Below are positions 50,039-63,069 of a DNA stretch of 64,000 nucleotides, in pieces. Where the stretch lies: assembly GCA_964016885.1 (NCBI GenBank), contig OZ024741.1:120838001-120902000 (forward strand), given 5' to 3'. The translations under genes and the position numbers were made by a program. The stretch is from Eledone cirrhosa (taxonomy: Eukaryota). How positions within the stretch are numbered: the stretch's first letter is position 1; every line of letters begins with the position of its first letter. A model generated the notes under the pieces. It worked only from the letters and a program-made list of their open reading frames with translations. It did not search any database and was not told the origin of the DNA.

Positions 50039-50077
50039 TGAACCTGAAGATTGCGAAAGCATGAAAGTACTTGTTCA
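50039..50077 (+). ncRNA. Minimal type I hammerhead ribozyme in a short insert (~49996-50197)
   Basis: Stem I TGAAC/GTTCA, core CTGAAGA, stem II T-TGC-GAAA-GCA-T, GAAA, palindromic stem III AAGTACTT, CUU triplet. Confidence 0.7.
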
Positions 50078-50313
50078 ATTAACACTTAGAATTTAATATT
50101 CTATCATACTATTTCATTATAATACCATATTATATATATTTTAAAGGATTGTAAACAAAACGAGTAAATCAGACAAAGTTGGAATTCCTCTTATTAATAT
50201 ATATATATATATATATGTCTATATATATATGTATATATACGTTATTCCGGGTTGAATCGGAGGTAACCACAGTAAGTAAGGTACTCAATACATAGCAGAG
50301 TATATTAAAACTA

Positions 50314-50409
<96 letters not shown>

Positions 50410-50427
50410 CGTATATATATATATGTC

Positions 50428-50523
<96 letters not shown>

Positions 50524-50599
50524 TATGTATATACATATATATATATGTCTATATATATATATGTATATACATATATATATATGTCTATATATATATATG

Positions 50600-50646
<47 letters not shown>

Positions 50647-51244
50647 CATCATCATCATCATCATCATCAACGTTTAACGTCCGTGTTCCACGCTTGCATA
50701 GGTTTGGACGGGGGTAGTCCCACTTGAGGCAAGAGTGATTGTCTTGCTCGCATAGGACTGTCTGGCAGGTTTTCTACAGTTGGATGCCCTTCCTAACACC
50801 AACCACATTTACAGTGTGGGTCTGGGAGGTTTTTACCGTGTTGCCTACACGGCCACATTACAGCGTGGACTGTGTGTTTTTTTGTCGTGACACCTACACG
50901 ATCTCATTGGTTTCGGCCTCGATGGCGCGGCACCAACATAACTTTACATAGAACGGGGTGGTGTGGATGGGGTGGGGGTGGGGGTGGTGGGACGGGGTGT
51001 ATTTTGTTAGAGATGCCTACTGGCTGGAGTAGGTTTTACTATATATTTAGGTAAGGCGCGTCTTCTCTGTTACTGAGTACCGCCAAAGGTCTCGGTCCAG
51101 TGACATTGTCTTGGAGAGGTGTAAGTGTGTGATGTCGGAGTTTATCAGCTCGTCCCAGGTTTTTCTAGGTCTGCCTATTCCGTGACTACCGTCTATCTTT
51201 ATTGCCCTGCACTTTGTTATACATCTATCTTTATTGCCCTGCAC
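50647..51244 (-). mobile_element. 5'-truncated copy of RTE subfamily A
   Basis: Near-identical to 45661-46262, with a (GAT)n tail and (TA)n on both sides. Confidence 0.92.
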
Positions 51245-51293
51245 ATATATATATATATATATGTATATACATATATATATATGTCTATATATA

Positions 51294-51324
<31 letters not shown>

Positions 51325-51369
51325 GTCTATATATATATGTGTATATATATATATATATATGTCTATATA

Positions 51370-51400
<31 letters not shown>

Positions 51401-51409
51401 GTCTATATA

Positions 51410-51440
<31 letters not shown>

Positions 51441-51447
51441 GTCTATA

Positions 51448-51482
<35 letters not shown>

Positions 51483-51491
51483 GTCTATATA

Positions 51492-51522
<31 letters not shown>

Positions 51523-51535
51523 GTCTATATATATA

Positions 51536-54500
51536 TCATCATCATCACCGTTTTACGTCCGTTCTTCCACGCTAGCATGGGTTAGACGGGTTGTCCTGTT
51601 GTGTGCAGTGTCTGGTCGGCTGACCATGCCTTGCTCATACAGGAACTGATCTGGCTTGATTTCTACAGCTGGATGCCCTTCCTAACACCAACCTCATTTA
51701 CAGTGAGTGCTGGGTGCTTTTTCGTGGCGCCTACACGTCCACTTTACAGTGTGGGCTGGGTGCTTTTTTGCCCTGACACCTCCACGACCACCTTGCGGTG
51801 GGGGGTGTGGGGGCATATTGTTTATATGCTTCAGCATGTACCCATGGGAGGTCGGGTACTCTGTATTACTGCGTGACGCCAGAAGTCACGGTCATGTGTC
51901 ATTGTCTTTGAGAGGTGTAGTTGGGTAAGGTCGGCTTTTATCACCTCATCCCAGGTCATCTTGGGTTTCCCCACTCCGCGGTTTCCATCAACTTCTAGTG
52001 CTCTGCACCTTTTTATGCAGCTGTCATCCTTCATACGCATCACATGTCCATACCAGCGCAACCGCCTCTCCTGCACACAGCATTTGATTCCTCTTATGCT
52101 CAGTCTCTCTCTCAATTCATTTATGCTTTGTCGTTCACGTATATTACTGTTACACATCCATCGGAGCATGCAGGCTTCGTTTCTCTCTAATCTATGTAAG
52201 TCTTCCACCTTCAGCGCCTAGGTCTCACTACCATGCAACATCGCTGTTCGGATACACGCATCATACAGTCTGCCTTTCATTCTGAGGGAGAAGCCTTTTG
52301 CAGCTAGCAGTGGTAGTAGTTCCCCAAACTTCTTCCATCCCGTTCTTACCCTAGTTATTGTACTTTCTGAACACCCACCTCCGTTGCTAATTCGGTCACC
52401 TAGGTAGCAGAAGCTGTCTACTGTTTCTACAGGGCCCTCCCAGAGATTGGTGGTACTTGTTTCCTGTGGCTGTTTGCTGCTTGCTGTTTCAGCACAGCTG
52501 CTGCATGTGAATCCTACATTCTTAATTAAGCTTCCTGAGATCCCGCTACATCTCTTGTGTACCCATTGTTTGCATTTGGGGCAGAGAATGGAGTTCCTAC
52601 CTACACCTTTTCTACATACTGAGCAAGGCCATTTCCCTGAGGGGATCTGGGTTCTGTTTTCTCGTCTACTTACAAGGACCTTAGTCTTTGTCATGTTGAC
52701 TTTGAGACCCTTTCTTTCTAGTCCCTGCTTCCAGGTTTGGAATTTATTCTCTAGTTCTACTATAGATTCAGCTATGAGTGCGAGGTCATCAGCATACAGG
52801 AGTTCCCATGGGCATCCGGTCTTAAACTCCTCCGTTATTGCCTGCAGGACTATGATGAACAGGAGAGGGCTAAGAACAGAGCCCTGGTGGACCCCAACCT
52901 GTACGCTAAATTCCTCGCTATACTCATTGCTAATCCTAACTTTGCTGACTGCTCCCCTATACATGGCTTGTACCGCTTTCACAAGCCATTCATCTACACC
53001 TAGTTTTCTAAGAGCCCACCAGATTACCGCACGTGGAACTCTGTCAAAGGCTTTCTCAAGGTCGACAAATGCCAAGTAGAGTGGCTTACTTTTAGCTAGG
53101 TACTTTTCCTGTAATTGCCTCACAAGGAAGAGGGCATCAGTGGTGCCTCTTCCTGGTACAAACCCAAATTGCATCTCGTCTATTTTCACCCGGTCCCTAA
53201 TCAGCTGTGCTATAACTCTTTCTGTTACTTTCATGACCTGGTCCATCAACTTTATTCCTCTATAGTTTCCTCTATCTAGTGCATCGCCTTTACCTTTGTA
53301 GCAGTTGACAATGATGCTACTGCACCAATCTTTTGGTATGGCCCCTTCTAGTATTACCTGGTTAACGATACGTGTGGTTATAGTGTGACCTACAGACCCA
53401 GATGCCTTCAGTATCTCGGCAGCTCTCCCCGATGGACCGGTTGCCTTCCCCATCTTCATATCTCTGATTGCCTTACTTACTACGCTGCCGCTGACTTGTA
53501 CTGCTGGTCCCTCTATAGGGTCTACTTGGGGTAGGGTCTCTTCTTCCCATGCATTCTCCTCATTTAGTAATCTATCATAATGACTCTTCCATGCATCTTT
53601 CTTCTCAGCACTTGTGAGGGCAAGCTCACCTTTATCATTCCGGATACACTTCTCTCCAATGACATCACAACTATCTCTGACACACTGCCTCGCAATCTTG
53701 AATACCTCCTGTTTCTGGTCCTCACGTTGTAAAACATGCTTGAATTTTCTATCCTCTGCTTCCCTCCTAGCTAAGTATACTTGTCGCCTAGCTTCCCTCT
53801 TGGTCTCTATGTAATGTACCCTGCTCCCCCCCGTTCTTCCATTCTTTCCATGCCTGTCTCTTGGCCTTGACTGCTTCATCTACCTTATTGTTCCACCACC
53901 AAGTCACTCTCCTCCTGCTTGAGGTCTTACTCCAGCCACAGACCTCGTCCGTCGCCTCTAGTAAATTATTTTTTAGGAACTCCCAGTTCTCTTCTACATT
54001 AAATGTCTCTATCTGTTCTTCTTTACTGTCATAGGCGTTGAGTAAAATATCTTTAAATCTGTTACTGGTTGAGGGGACTTTCAGCTTCCAGATCTTTCTT
54101 CTCCAGGTTGGCCTCTGTTTCAGGGCTCGTCTAGTTCTGACCGTGAGGTCGCTGACAACTAAGCTATGTTGGGATGTACATTCCTCACTAGGGAAGGCTT
54201 TTGTGTTTACGACTGTCCATCTGTCACGTCCTCTGATGAGGATAAAATCTAACTGAGTAGAGTGCTCCCCTGATCTATAGGTGATCAGGTGGTTGTCGGG
54301 TTTTTTAAAGTTTATGTTACATATCGACATGTCATTGGCGTTGCAGAATTCTAGAAGTCTGAATCCTTCCTCATTCCTTGTGCCAACTCCATGGCCTCCA
54401 TGGACTCTATTGAAGCCGTCGCTGTGTTTACCTACGTGTCCGTTAAAATCTCTTGCGATGATTAGGAAGTCATTGTCGTTTGTTAGAGCAGTAGTGTGCA

Positions 54501-55434
54501 TTAGGGACTCGTAAAACCTATCCTTAAGTTCGTCTGGCAGCCCCGATTGGGGTGTGTAAGCTGATATTATTGTGGTAATTGTCTTATTCAGGACTAATCT
54601 GAGTTTAATGATTCTTGCATTTACCCTGTACACTGAGATTACTTTATCTATCCACTTGTCAGCTAATAGTATACCTACACCACCCATCCCATCGTCATTT
54701 CCCACCCAGTAAAATTTGTAGCACTGACTTTTTCCTATAAGGACTCTAGCAGACTCTCCTCTCCATCTAGTCTCTTGCACACAGCATACATCAACTTCCT
54801 TTCGCTCTAGCATTTCTACAATTTCTCCTGCTCTTCCTTCCATTGAGCCTACATTGATGGTACCAACTCGGAGTTTTGGGCATTTGTCGACACTCGTAGG
54901 GGAGGGTTTCTGGGTTGGCGCTTCACGTGGGTGCTTGGTAGCTCGCAGATTCATATTTCATCTATTGATTCAGAGTTGCTCAAATGTATTCTCAGCTCAT
55001 CCATCCATAACGGTGGGAAAATTGAGGGCTAGAAGAACAGCGGTGGTGGGGTAATGGCAGGGTGTGTTGGGCTGCGCCAGGGGAGGAGAGAGTTAGTTAG
55101 GTAGTAGCAGCAGCAGCGGCGGAAATGGCATGCTGAGGTTTGATTGGTCGAATAGGCTATGGTGGTGTGTGGGTCGGGTGGGGGGAAATTGTGAGGTAGG
55201 CACTGAGGGTTGCATGGTAAATAACCGAGAGATACGATAGAATTAGAATACCGCATGGTAAATATCCGAAGTTAAAACAGCAGTAATATTAACAATAGTA
55301 ACGTCGTAGGAACTAAGAAAATTTATCAATAATACAGCAGAAAAACAGTAGTAATATCGTCATAAGACTAACTAAGATACCTCGAAGAATTTTATGGATG
55401 GGTGGCCGGAACGAAATGAAATCAACTCTACTGA
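51536..55434 (-). mobile_element. Near-full-length RTE LINE, subfamily B
   Basis: ~480-bp 5' leader starting TCAGT, ORF split in three pieces, 3' UTR and (GAT)n tail. Flanked by (TA)n on both sides. Confidence 0.9.
51831..54954 (-). pseudogene. RTE-B APE-RT ORF with one frameshift and one nonsense codon
   Basis: ORFs 53788-54954, 52218-53879 and 51831-52208 join colinearly with the 1080-aa ORF. Frameshift at the C7 run 53826-53832. TAG at 52218-52220 where the 7.08-kb copy has TGG. Confidence 0.9.
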
Positions 55435-55464
55435 TACATATGTATATATATATATATATATGTC

Positions 55465-55505
<41 letters not shown>

Positions 55506-56876
55506 GTCTATATATATATGTATATATATATATATATATATATGTCTATATATATATATGTATATATATATAAAAACAAATAACGAAACAAAATTAAATT
55601 ATATATATATATATATATGTCTATATATATATATGTATATATATATATATGTCTATATATATATGTATATATATATATATGTCTATGTATATATATATAT
55701 ATGTCTATGTATATATATATATATATGTCTATATATATGTATATATATATATGTCTATGTATATATATATATATGTCTATATATATATATGTATATATAT
55801 GTCTATATATATATATATGTATATATATGTCTATATTTGTACGTGTGTATATATTACTTGGAGAAACACTTTTGAATAAGAGTTATTTAACAACAGATAT
55901 TTTTTCATTTATGTTTCTTTAGTCATTTAAAAAAGCATTCTTTTACTGGTTTCAGTCACTAAACTGGGGCCATGTTGGGGCACCACTTTGATTTTTAGTC
56001 CTGCATGTCAACCCTCAGTACATATTTTTTCAAATCTAATAATTATTTTATCAATCCTTTTTGGGGGATGCTTTTGGTGGTGGTGAGTTTGATGATGATG
56101 ATGAAGTGGTCAAGGGGAGGATGAGGTTAGTGGTGATCATGGTGATGATGGTATGTTGATGACAGTGGTGGTGATGTTGTAATGAAGTTGGTGGGATGAT
56201 GGTGGTAGTGGTGGTGATGATGATAATGATGGTGGTGTTGATGATGATGATTGTGATGGTGATGATAGTGATGGTGATGATAATGGTAGTGATGATGATG
56301 ACAGTGTGGATGATCATAATGATGATGGTGGTAGTGGTAATGCTGGTGGTGGTGAGAATGGGGATGCTGTTGGTGGTGGTGATAATGATGATGGTGGTAG
56401 TGGTGGTGTTGATGGTGGTGATGATGATGGTGGTGATGATGCAGATCCCATTGATAATATGTTGTTATTGGATGCAAATTATAGATGTGTGTATGTGATA
56501 AATATTTTATCATATATCTGAATATTATTTGATGATGACGATAATGATGATACTAGATATTTTTCTGTCATTCATAAAATATGCATTTTATATCTGTTTT
56601 CCACGATGGCATGGGTTGGATGGGTCGTTAGAGACCAAGTCAGTATTTTAGTGAAGTTACTCTTTTGAAGGTTGAAGGAACTGCGTCTTATCAGATACAA
56701 TCCAGTTTTGGTATGGTTTCTACAGATGGATGCCCTTCCTAATGCTAACCACTTTACAGTGTGTACTCAGTGTATTTTATTGTGGCACTAGTACTACGGA
56801 CTAGGGAAGTTGTTATATATTTGACACAACTGAAGAGTCTTCACTAACATTTTGGCATTATTTCTACAGCTGCATG

Positions 56877-57055
56877 GGTGGTGGATTGGTAGTATCGGTA
56901 GTGGGTTGGACACCATGCTTTGACGCATAGAGTTACAGCCCTTGCCATTCTGAGTTCAAATCCCGCCGAGGTTAACTTTGCCTTTTATCCTTACGGGGTC
57001 GATAAAGTAAAGTACCAGCAATTGCTGGCCTTGTACCAAAAGTAGAAAGAATTAT
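56877..57055 (+). mobile_element. Dominant SINE copy
   Basis: Full head and centre. Further copies at 25100-25315(+), 60607-60780(-), 60900-61085(+) and 62200-62390(+). Confidence 0.8.
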
Positions 57056-57791
57056 TTCTACAGCTGGAGGCCCTTCCTAATTCCAACCGCTTTACAGAGT
57101 ATACTGGGTACATATTATCACATCACATAAATATTTTGTCTGTCTGAATACTATTTGTGTATAATGATGATGATGATGTGGTTATGGTGGTGATGATGAT
57201 GGTAGTAGTTGTAGTGGTGGTAATGATGTTTCTCATTGATAAAAAGTATTATTTTTTATGCCAATTATAGATGTGTTAGTGTGATAAATATTTTATCTCT
57301 GACTATTGTTTGTGTATGGTGATGATGATGATGACACATATATAACTCTCATTGATAAAATATCTTGTTAGATGCAAATTATAGATATGTGTGATAAATA
57401 TTCTATCATTTGTCTGAATACTATTTGATGATGATGATATTAACTATATTCCTCTCATTGATAAAATAATGTGGTTTGTTGTTAGATGCATATGTAGTAT
57501 TATTTCATCCATTCATATACTACCTCTATTGTGTTGAATGAAACATTTCCCATTCATAAATACAAAACAAAAACAAAACAAACAACACACAAAATAAAAC
57601 AAAACACATAAACAATTGCCTGTGTTGTTACAGAAAAGCCAATCATAAAAATCAAGGCATTTTACATCCTTCTATTTATCATATTTATGTTAGATAATAT
57701 TTATGTTAGATAATTAAATCATAATTACTAATAATAGATAATTTATGAGAAATCTTGTAAATTTCCAAAATATTTGTGTGCAACATATCTA

Positions 57792-58675
57792 CAGGATGCA
57801 GACGATATTTGTTCGCAAGATTACTGTCTAGGAAAAAATAACACAGTAGTTTTATTTTTTAAGATATATTTATCAAACTTGGGTCAGTTTGTCTTCATGA
57901 CTTGTTCTTTTGATCTCACTCGATAAACCCGCCATTGGCTTTGATGACGGCCTCAAGGCGGCCTCGGAACCGGCTACAGGCCTTCGTCACTGTCCCCCGA
58001 CTTAGGCCCCTAAAGGCACTTGTGATCCTGGCCTTCAGATCGTCTTTCGTATTGCAGCTAGATCTGTTGGTGTCTCGTTCCACTGTGCCTCACACAAAGA
58101 AGTCGAGGGGGTTGCAGTCAGGCGAGCTGGGAGGCCAGATGTCAGGTGAAGTGTGGTCGACAAAGTTCTCTGACAGCCAGGCTTGGGTCTTTCGGCTGGT
58201 ATGGCAGGGCGCTGAGTCTTGCTGCCACACGTACGGCCTACCTGCAGCTACCTGGTTGATCCAGGGCTTTACTACCTCGCTCAGAACGCGGATGTAGCCA
58301 TCGATGTTCTGCTTGAGGCCCTCATGGAAGAAGTGAGGTGGAATGACGTCACCTTGACTGCTGACTACACCTAAGACCAATATTGTCGCTGGAAACTTTG
58401 TCTGCATGACTCTGGGCACGTCTTTGGATGAGACAGCGAGCCACCTGGGAGTTGATCTTCTGGTCTTATTTGTCCTACTGGCGCGGATTCCAAGAAGAAC
58501 TCTGTGTCTCTTCCACAAATTTGGAGGTTCAAAATTATTCATAATCAATTATTCTGAAAATAAATAATGGAAATATAGTCACTGTTTTTATGAAGACAAG
58601 AGTGACAACGGAAGTAAAAAAAATGTGCATAAAATTAGCAGTTGAAAATTGCGAATAAATATCGTCCGCACCCTG
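57792..58675 (-). mobile_element. Internally deleted Tc1/mariner element, DD37D (maT) family
   Basis: TA|CAGGATGCAGACGATATTTGTTCGCAA ... TTGCGAATAAATATCGTCCGCACCCTG|TA. The transposase remnant WQQDSAPCH..WPPSSPDCNPLD has 37 residues between the second and third Asp. The N-terminal HTH and first Asp are missing. Confidence 0.88.
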
Positions 58676-59499
58676 TATAGGTGCGGGCATGACTGCAAGG
58701 TTAACTTTTAATATCCTGCAATGGTTTAATAAAAAGTGTTTAAAAAAGTTTTGTGAATTCAAATGTTTATAGTATCTTTACTAGTGGATGGGTGGTTAAC
58801 TATGATTTATAATGAGCGGGGCCTTCTCATAGCTTGGTGACCTGCCAGATTGCTGCCATATCCTACCTGCTCACCTCCTTTCCATCAATTTCCTATCTGT
58901 CTATCTACCTTTCTCTCTCCCTCTTTCACTGGTAGATGTAGGCTCTGTAAGCCACGGAAAATGCAACCCATCTAGGAGAGCAGTTACTCTGAATAAATAA
59001 GGTTGACAGGGTAGACATGAGCTCCGTAAGCTACAAGCCTTAGCAAGGGTAATTCATCCAGGCAAGCAGTTACTCTGAATAAGTAAGGGTGCATGGGGTA
59101 GACTTGAGCTCTGTAAGCTGTAAGTCTTAGAAAGAGCAACACATCTATAAGAGCAGTTATTCTAAACTAAAACTGACACAGAGAAGAGAAGACCAGATAG
59201 CCTCTCTAGTGCTGGTGTCACAATGAAATGCACCCAGTCCACACTTCAAAGTGGTTGGTGATAGGAAGGTCATCCAGTGGGAAAAACCTTGCCAAAAATT
59301 ATGATTAGCACAAAATATAAGATTCACATTAATTGCAATTAAAGGACTAACACTAGTCATGTTAGTACTGTGCACAATAGTGGAGTGGCTAACTTAGCTA
59401 TGTGTGAGAATCCATCACTCGTCATCAAGCAATCATTTGCCCATATTTCCTTTCAGGTAGAGAGAGATACTACCAAATGATGACCTAACCGCCACTGTC

Positions 59500-60200
59500 A
59501 GGTAACACATCTCAGGGCAGCCACTTGCAATGTGGGCACACTGAAAGGATGATCTGGAGTAATTGTTGAGTTACTTGAGAGGAGACAAGTGGCAAGTGGT
59601 GAGATGGAGGAGTGCCTCAGAATGACTACCCACAGGCAAATAAACATAAATAATCTTTTCTAGATAGGTAAATACAATGGGGTTGGATGAGTAGGCATTC
59701 TACTAGCTGAGAAGTTGATAAATAAGGTAATTGGGGTAGAGTAAGTGACTGAATTATGAAGCTCAGAATAGTCATAGGCATGATGACACTTATCTCTACC
59801 TAGAGATAACAGGACATTGTTGGGGAAAAGTGTGATTGAAATGGCACAGGTGCACTTAGCGTCACTGATGCCCAAAAGAAAGGGACCTGGAAATACTATT
59901 ACAAAAAAATTGATGTATGTGCAGAAAGAGATACTACCCCCAGCTGACCCAACAGAGGGACCAACTATCGAAATTAACAGTTATAGAGTCAAAGAAGCAA
60001 TTAAGGAGATGAAGAAGGGTAAAGCTGCTGGTTTGTCAGAGATAGTTGCTGAGATTCTGATATCTTATGGGGGAAGTAGGAACTGAACTAGTGACCTGCA
60101 TAACCAATCAAGTAATACATAATGGTGTCATACCCAATGACTGGTCTTGTAGTATACTTATTAATTGTTAAAAGTGAAAAGGTGATGCACTAGAAAGGAA
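59500..60200 (+). pseudogene. Old, deleted RTE copy
   Basis: Remnants NVGTLKG, DPTEGPTIEI..VKEAIKEMKKGKAAGLSEIVAEIL and GVIPNDW. Confidence 0.7.
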
Positions 60201-60448
60201 CAAGCCTACTTTTAGATAATTTCTACGAAATCATTACAGGATATTAAAAGTTAACCATGCAGTCATGCTCTCACCTATATATATATTAGTATGATGTTTC
60301 ACGTGAATATTTTGGAAATTTACAAGATTTCTCATAAATTATCTATTACTAGTAATTATGATTTAATTATCTAACATGAGTATGATAAATAGAAGGATGT
60401 AAAATGCCTTGATTTTTCTGATTAGCTTTTCTGAATTAGTGGTATCAA

Positions 60449-60867
60449 TTAACTCTTTTGATACCAACACACACCCCAACCACTTCTGATTCTATGAAGT
60501 AAAACCAACCATTTTAAGGGGTTCTTTGTTAAATTAAAATCGTCCAACATAATTTGATATCAAAACGTTTCGTTAAGTTTTTTACAAGTGTCATTATGAT
60601 AATGAAATAATTGTTTCTACTATTGGCACAAGGCCAGTAATTACTCCACTACATTACTGGTACTTTATTTTATCGACCCCGTAAGGATGAAAGGCAAAGT
60701 GAACCTCGGCGGGATTTGAATTCACACCATAAAGGGGCGTAACTCTATGCTGCAAAGCATGGCGTCCGACCTTCTACTGAATGATATAATTTTAGTAAAT
60801 TCTTCCAAATTTTTTATTAATTCAAATACAATATATTTCATCAGAAATATGGTAACAAAAGGGTTAA
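60449..60867. mobile_element. Second TTAA-flanked MITE family with nested SINE
   Basis: TTAACTCTTTTGATACCA ... TGGTAACAAAAGGGTTAA. Related ends at ~2777, ~5852, ~12777 and ~14255. Confidence 0.55.
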
Positions 60868-61329
60868 TGAGTTATCTGATAATTTTTTTCTATGGTTGGA
60901 AAACATGCTTTGTGGCATATAGTTATGGCCCCTTACTTTTTGAGTTCAAATCTTGCCAAGGTTAACTTTTTATCCTTACGGGGTTGATAAAATAAAGCAC
61001 CAGTAATGCGCTGGCGTTAATTTAATTGACTTTTCCTCTTCCCTTCAAATTGCTGGCCTTGTGCCAAATGTAGAAACAGTTATTATTGAGAAAGTTAGTT
61101 ATGTTACTAAATCCTTCCAAATTCAAGTACTTGTTCTAAAAACTAGGAACCACATAGTGCCATCGCTGTTGCCAGCACCACTATTGTGTATCATGTGTGT
61201 GTATCTATGTTTATTGATATGTCTGTGTGGAGTGGAAGAGAGAACCCTCCCCTCATATACAATCAAAACAAACAAACAAAACAGTCAAACAGTCAAATAT
61301 ATATACTCGTCCAGCTATACAGTCATACA

Positions 61330-61575
61330 CTACCACAACCACCCTGCCATCCACTACCACCCAGCCATACCTGCCACCAAGCCATACAGCCATCTACTAC
61401 CACAACCACCCTGCCACCAGGCCATACAGCCATCTACAACCACCCTGCCATACAACCATCTACAACCACAACCACCCTGCCACCCAGCCATACAGCCATC
61501 TACTCCGACAACCACCCTGCCACCCAGCCATACAGCCATCTACTCCCACAACCATCCTACCACCCAGCCACCGTA
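61330..61575. repeat. ~39-bp minisatellite
   Basis: Unit CCACAACCACCCTGCCACCCAGCCATACAGCCATCTACT. Confidence 0.8.
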
Positions 61576-62815
61576 TTTATTAATAATTTAATAGTGTTTT
61601 TAATGTCTTTCTTACTTGAGCTTCTTTTATCATTATTTATCATCTTGTTGTTGTTATCGTTATTATTGTTGTTGTTATCGTTCTTGTTGTTGTTATCGTT
61701 CTTAGTTTTGTTGTTATTTTTGTTGTTGTTATCGTTCTTAGTTTTGTTGTTATTTTTGTTGTTGTCGTTCTTAGTTTTGTTGTTGTTATCCTATTTAATC
61801 TTAATCCTAAGACAGTAAACATGGTGATTTGGCGATGTGGAAATATCTTGAGATTTAGCTCTAGCACTTGGTTACTTATTGTGTGTGTGTGTGTCTGAGT
61901 TTATGTGTGCCTGTGTATGTCAGTGTGTGTGTATCCATGTGTATGTCCATGTTTATGTGTTATGTGTGTGTCTGTGTGTTTATATGAGTGTATGTCAGCA
62001 TGTATGTGTGCGTGTTGGACTTTTGTTGGTTTCCACAATAAGTGTTCCAGTTGTTTGATCAAAGGTACAGCTTCCTCATGAAATTAATGTGTAAGTGGCT
62101 GAGTATTCCAATCATACATGTACCCATAACATAATTTTCAAGGAGATTCAGTATGACACAAGGCTGTTTTACTAGTATAGTCTTTGTATTATATTGTAAG
62201 GGTGGTGTATTGGCAGTATCGGTAGAGTGTCAGACAACATATGCTTTGAAGCATAGAGCTATGGTCCTTTACGTTCTGAGTTCAAATCCCGTTGAGATTA
62301 ACTTTGCCTTTCATCCTTACGGGGTCGATAAAATAAAATACCAGTAATGCACTGGGGTAATTGCTGGCCTTGTTTCAAAAGTAGAAAATTATATTGTAAA
62401 TGTCTGAGTATTCCTTAGACACATGTGTCCTTAGGGTAGTCCACAGGGAGATTCAACATAACCCACTCTGTGACAAGGACCATTGAATTATACATGTACA
62501 TTTCATTTTCTTCTAGCTGAGTGAACTGGTGCACCATGAAATAAATAACGTGTCTTGCTGAAGGGTTCAATGCTCTGTTAGGACTCCAACAAATGACTTC
62601 AGTCTTCACCCAAACACTCTCTCCACTAAGCCAGCTACTTTTACACACTGTGTTTCTTACTGAATTACTTGAGTCACTTGAAAGAAATGACCCTGTAAGC
62701 ACTGAAGTTATTAGTTCAATAGAATTACTTGCTCAAAATTAAGTCTTAACTTACTATAAAGATTGGATATATCTGTTTGGGGTAGTAGAAACTAGTCTTT
62801 GTGTTTGTGTGTCTC

Positions 62816-62847
<32 letters not shown>

Positions 62848-63069
62848 AGAGGGAGAGAGTGTGTGTGTAAGAGAGAGAATATGTGTGTTTGTAGTGTGTT
62901 GGTGTGTTTATAGCATGTGTGTATATAAAGATCTGATTATATTATTTGTGTGTAGTAGAACTATTAATCTGTGTGTATAGTATGTGTGTATATGTGTAAG
63001 AGTGTTTGTAGTGTGTGTTTATAAAGATCTGACATATCTATTTATGTGTAGTATAAATACATTGGTCTT

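Larger units (their letters stand above)
57631..60435. repeat. ~130-145-bp AT-rich inverted repeat pair 2.5 kb apart
   Basis: ~57631-57775 (CAGAAAAGCCAATCA..AATCAAGGCATTTTACATCCTTCTATTTATC..GAGAAATCTTGTAAATTTCCAAAATATT) versus its reverse complement at ~60307-60435. Confidence 0.75.
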
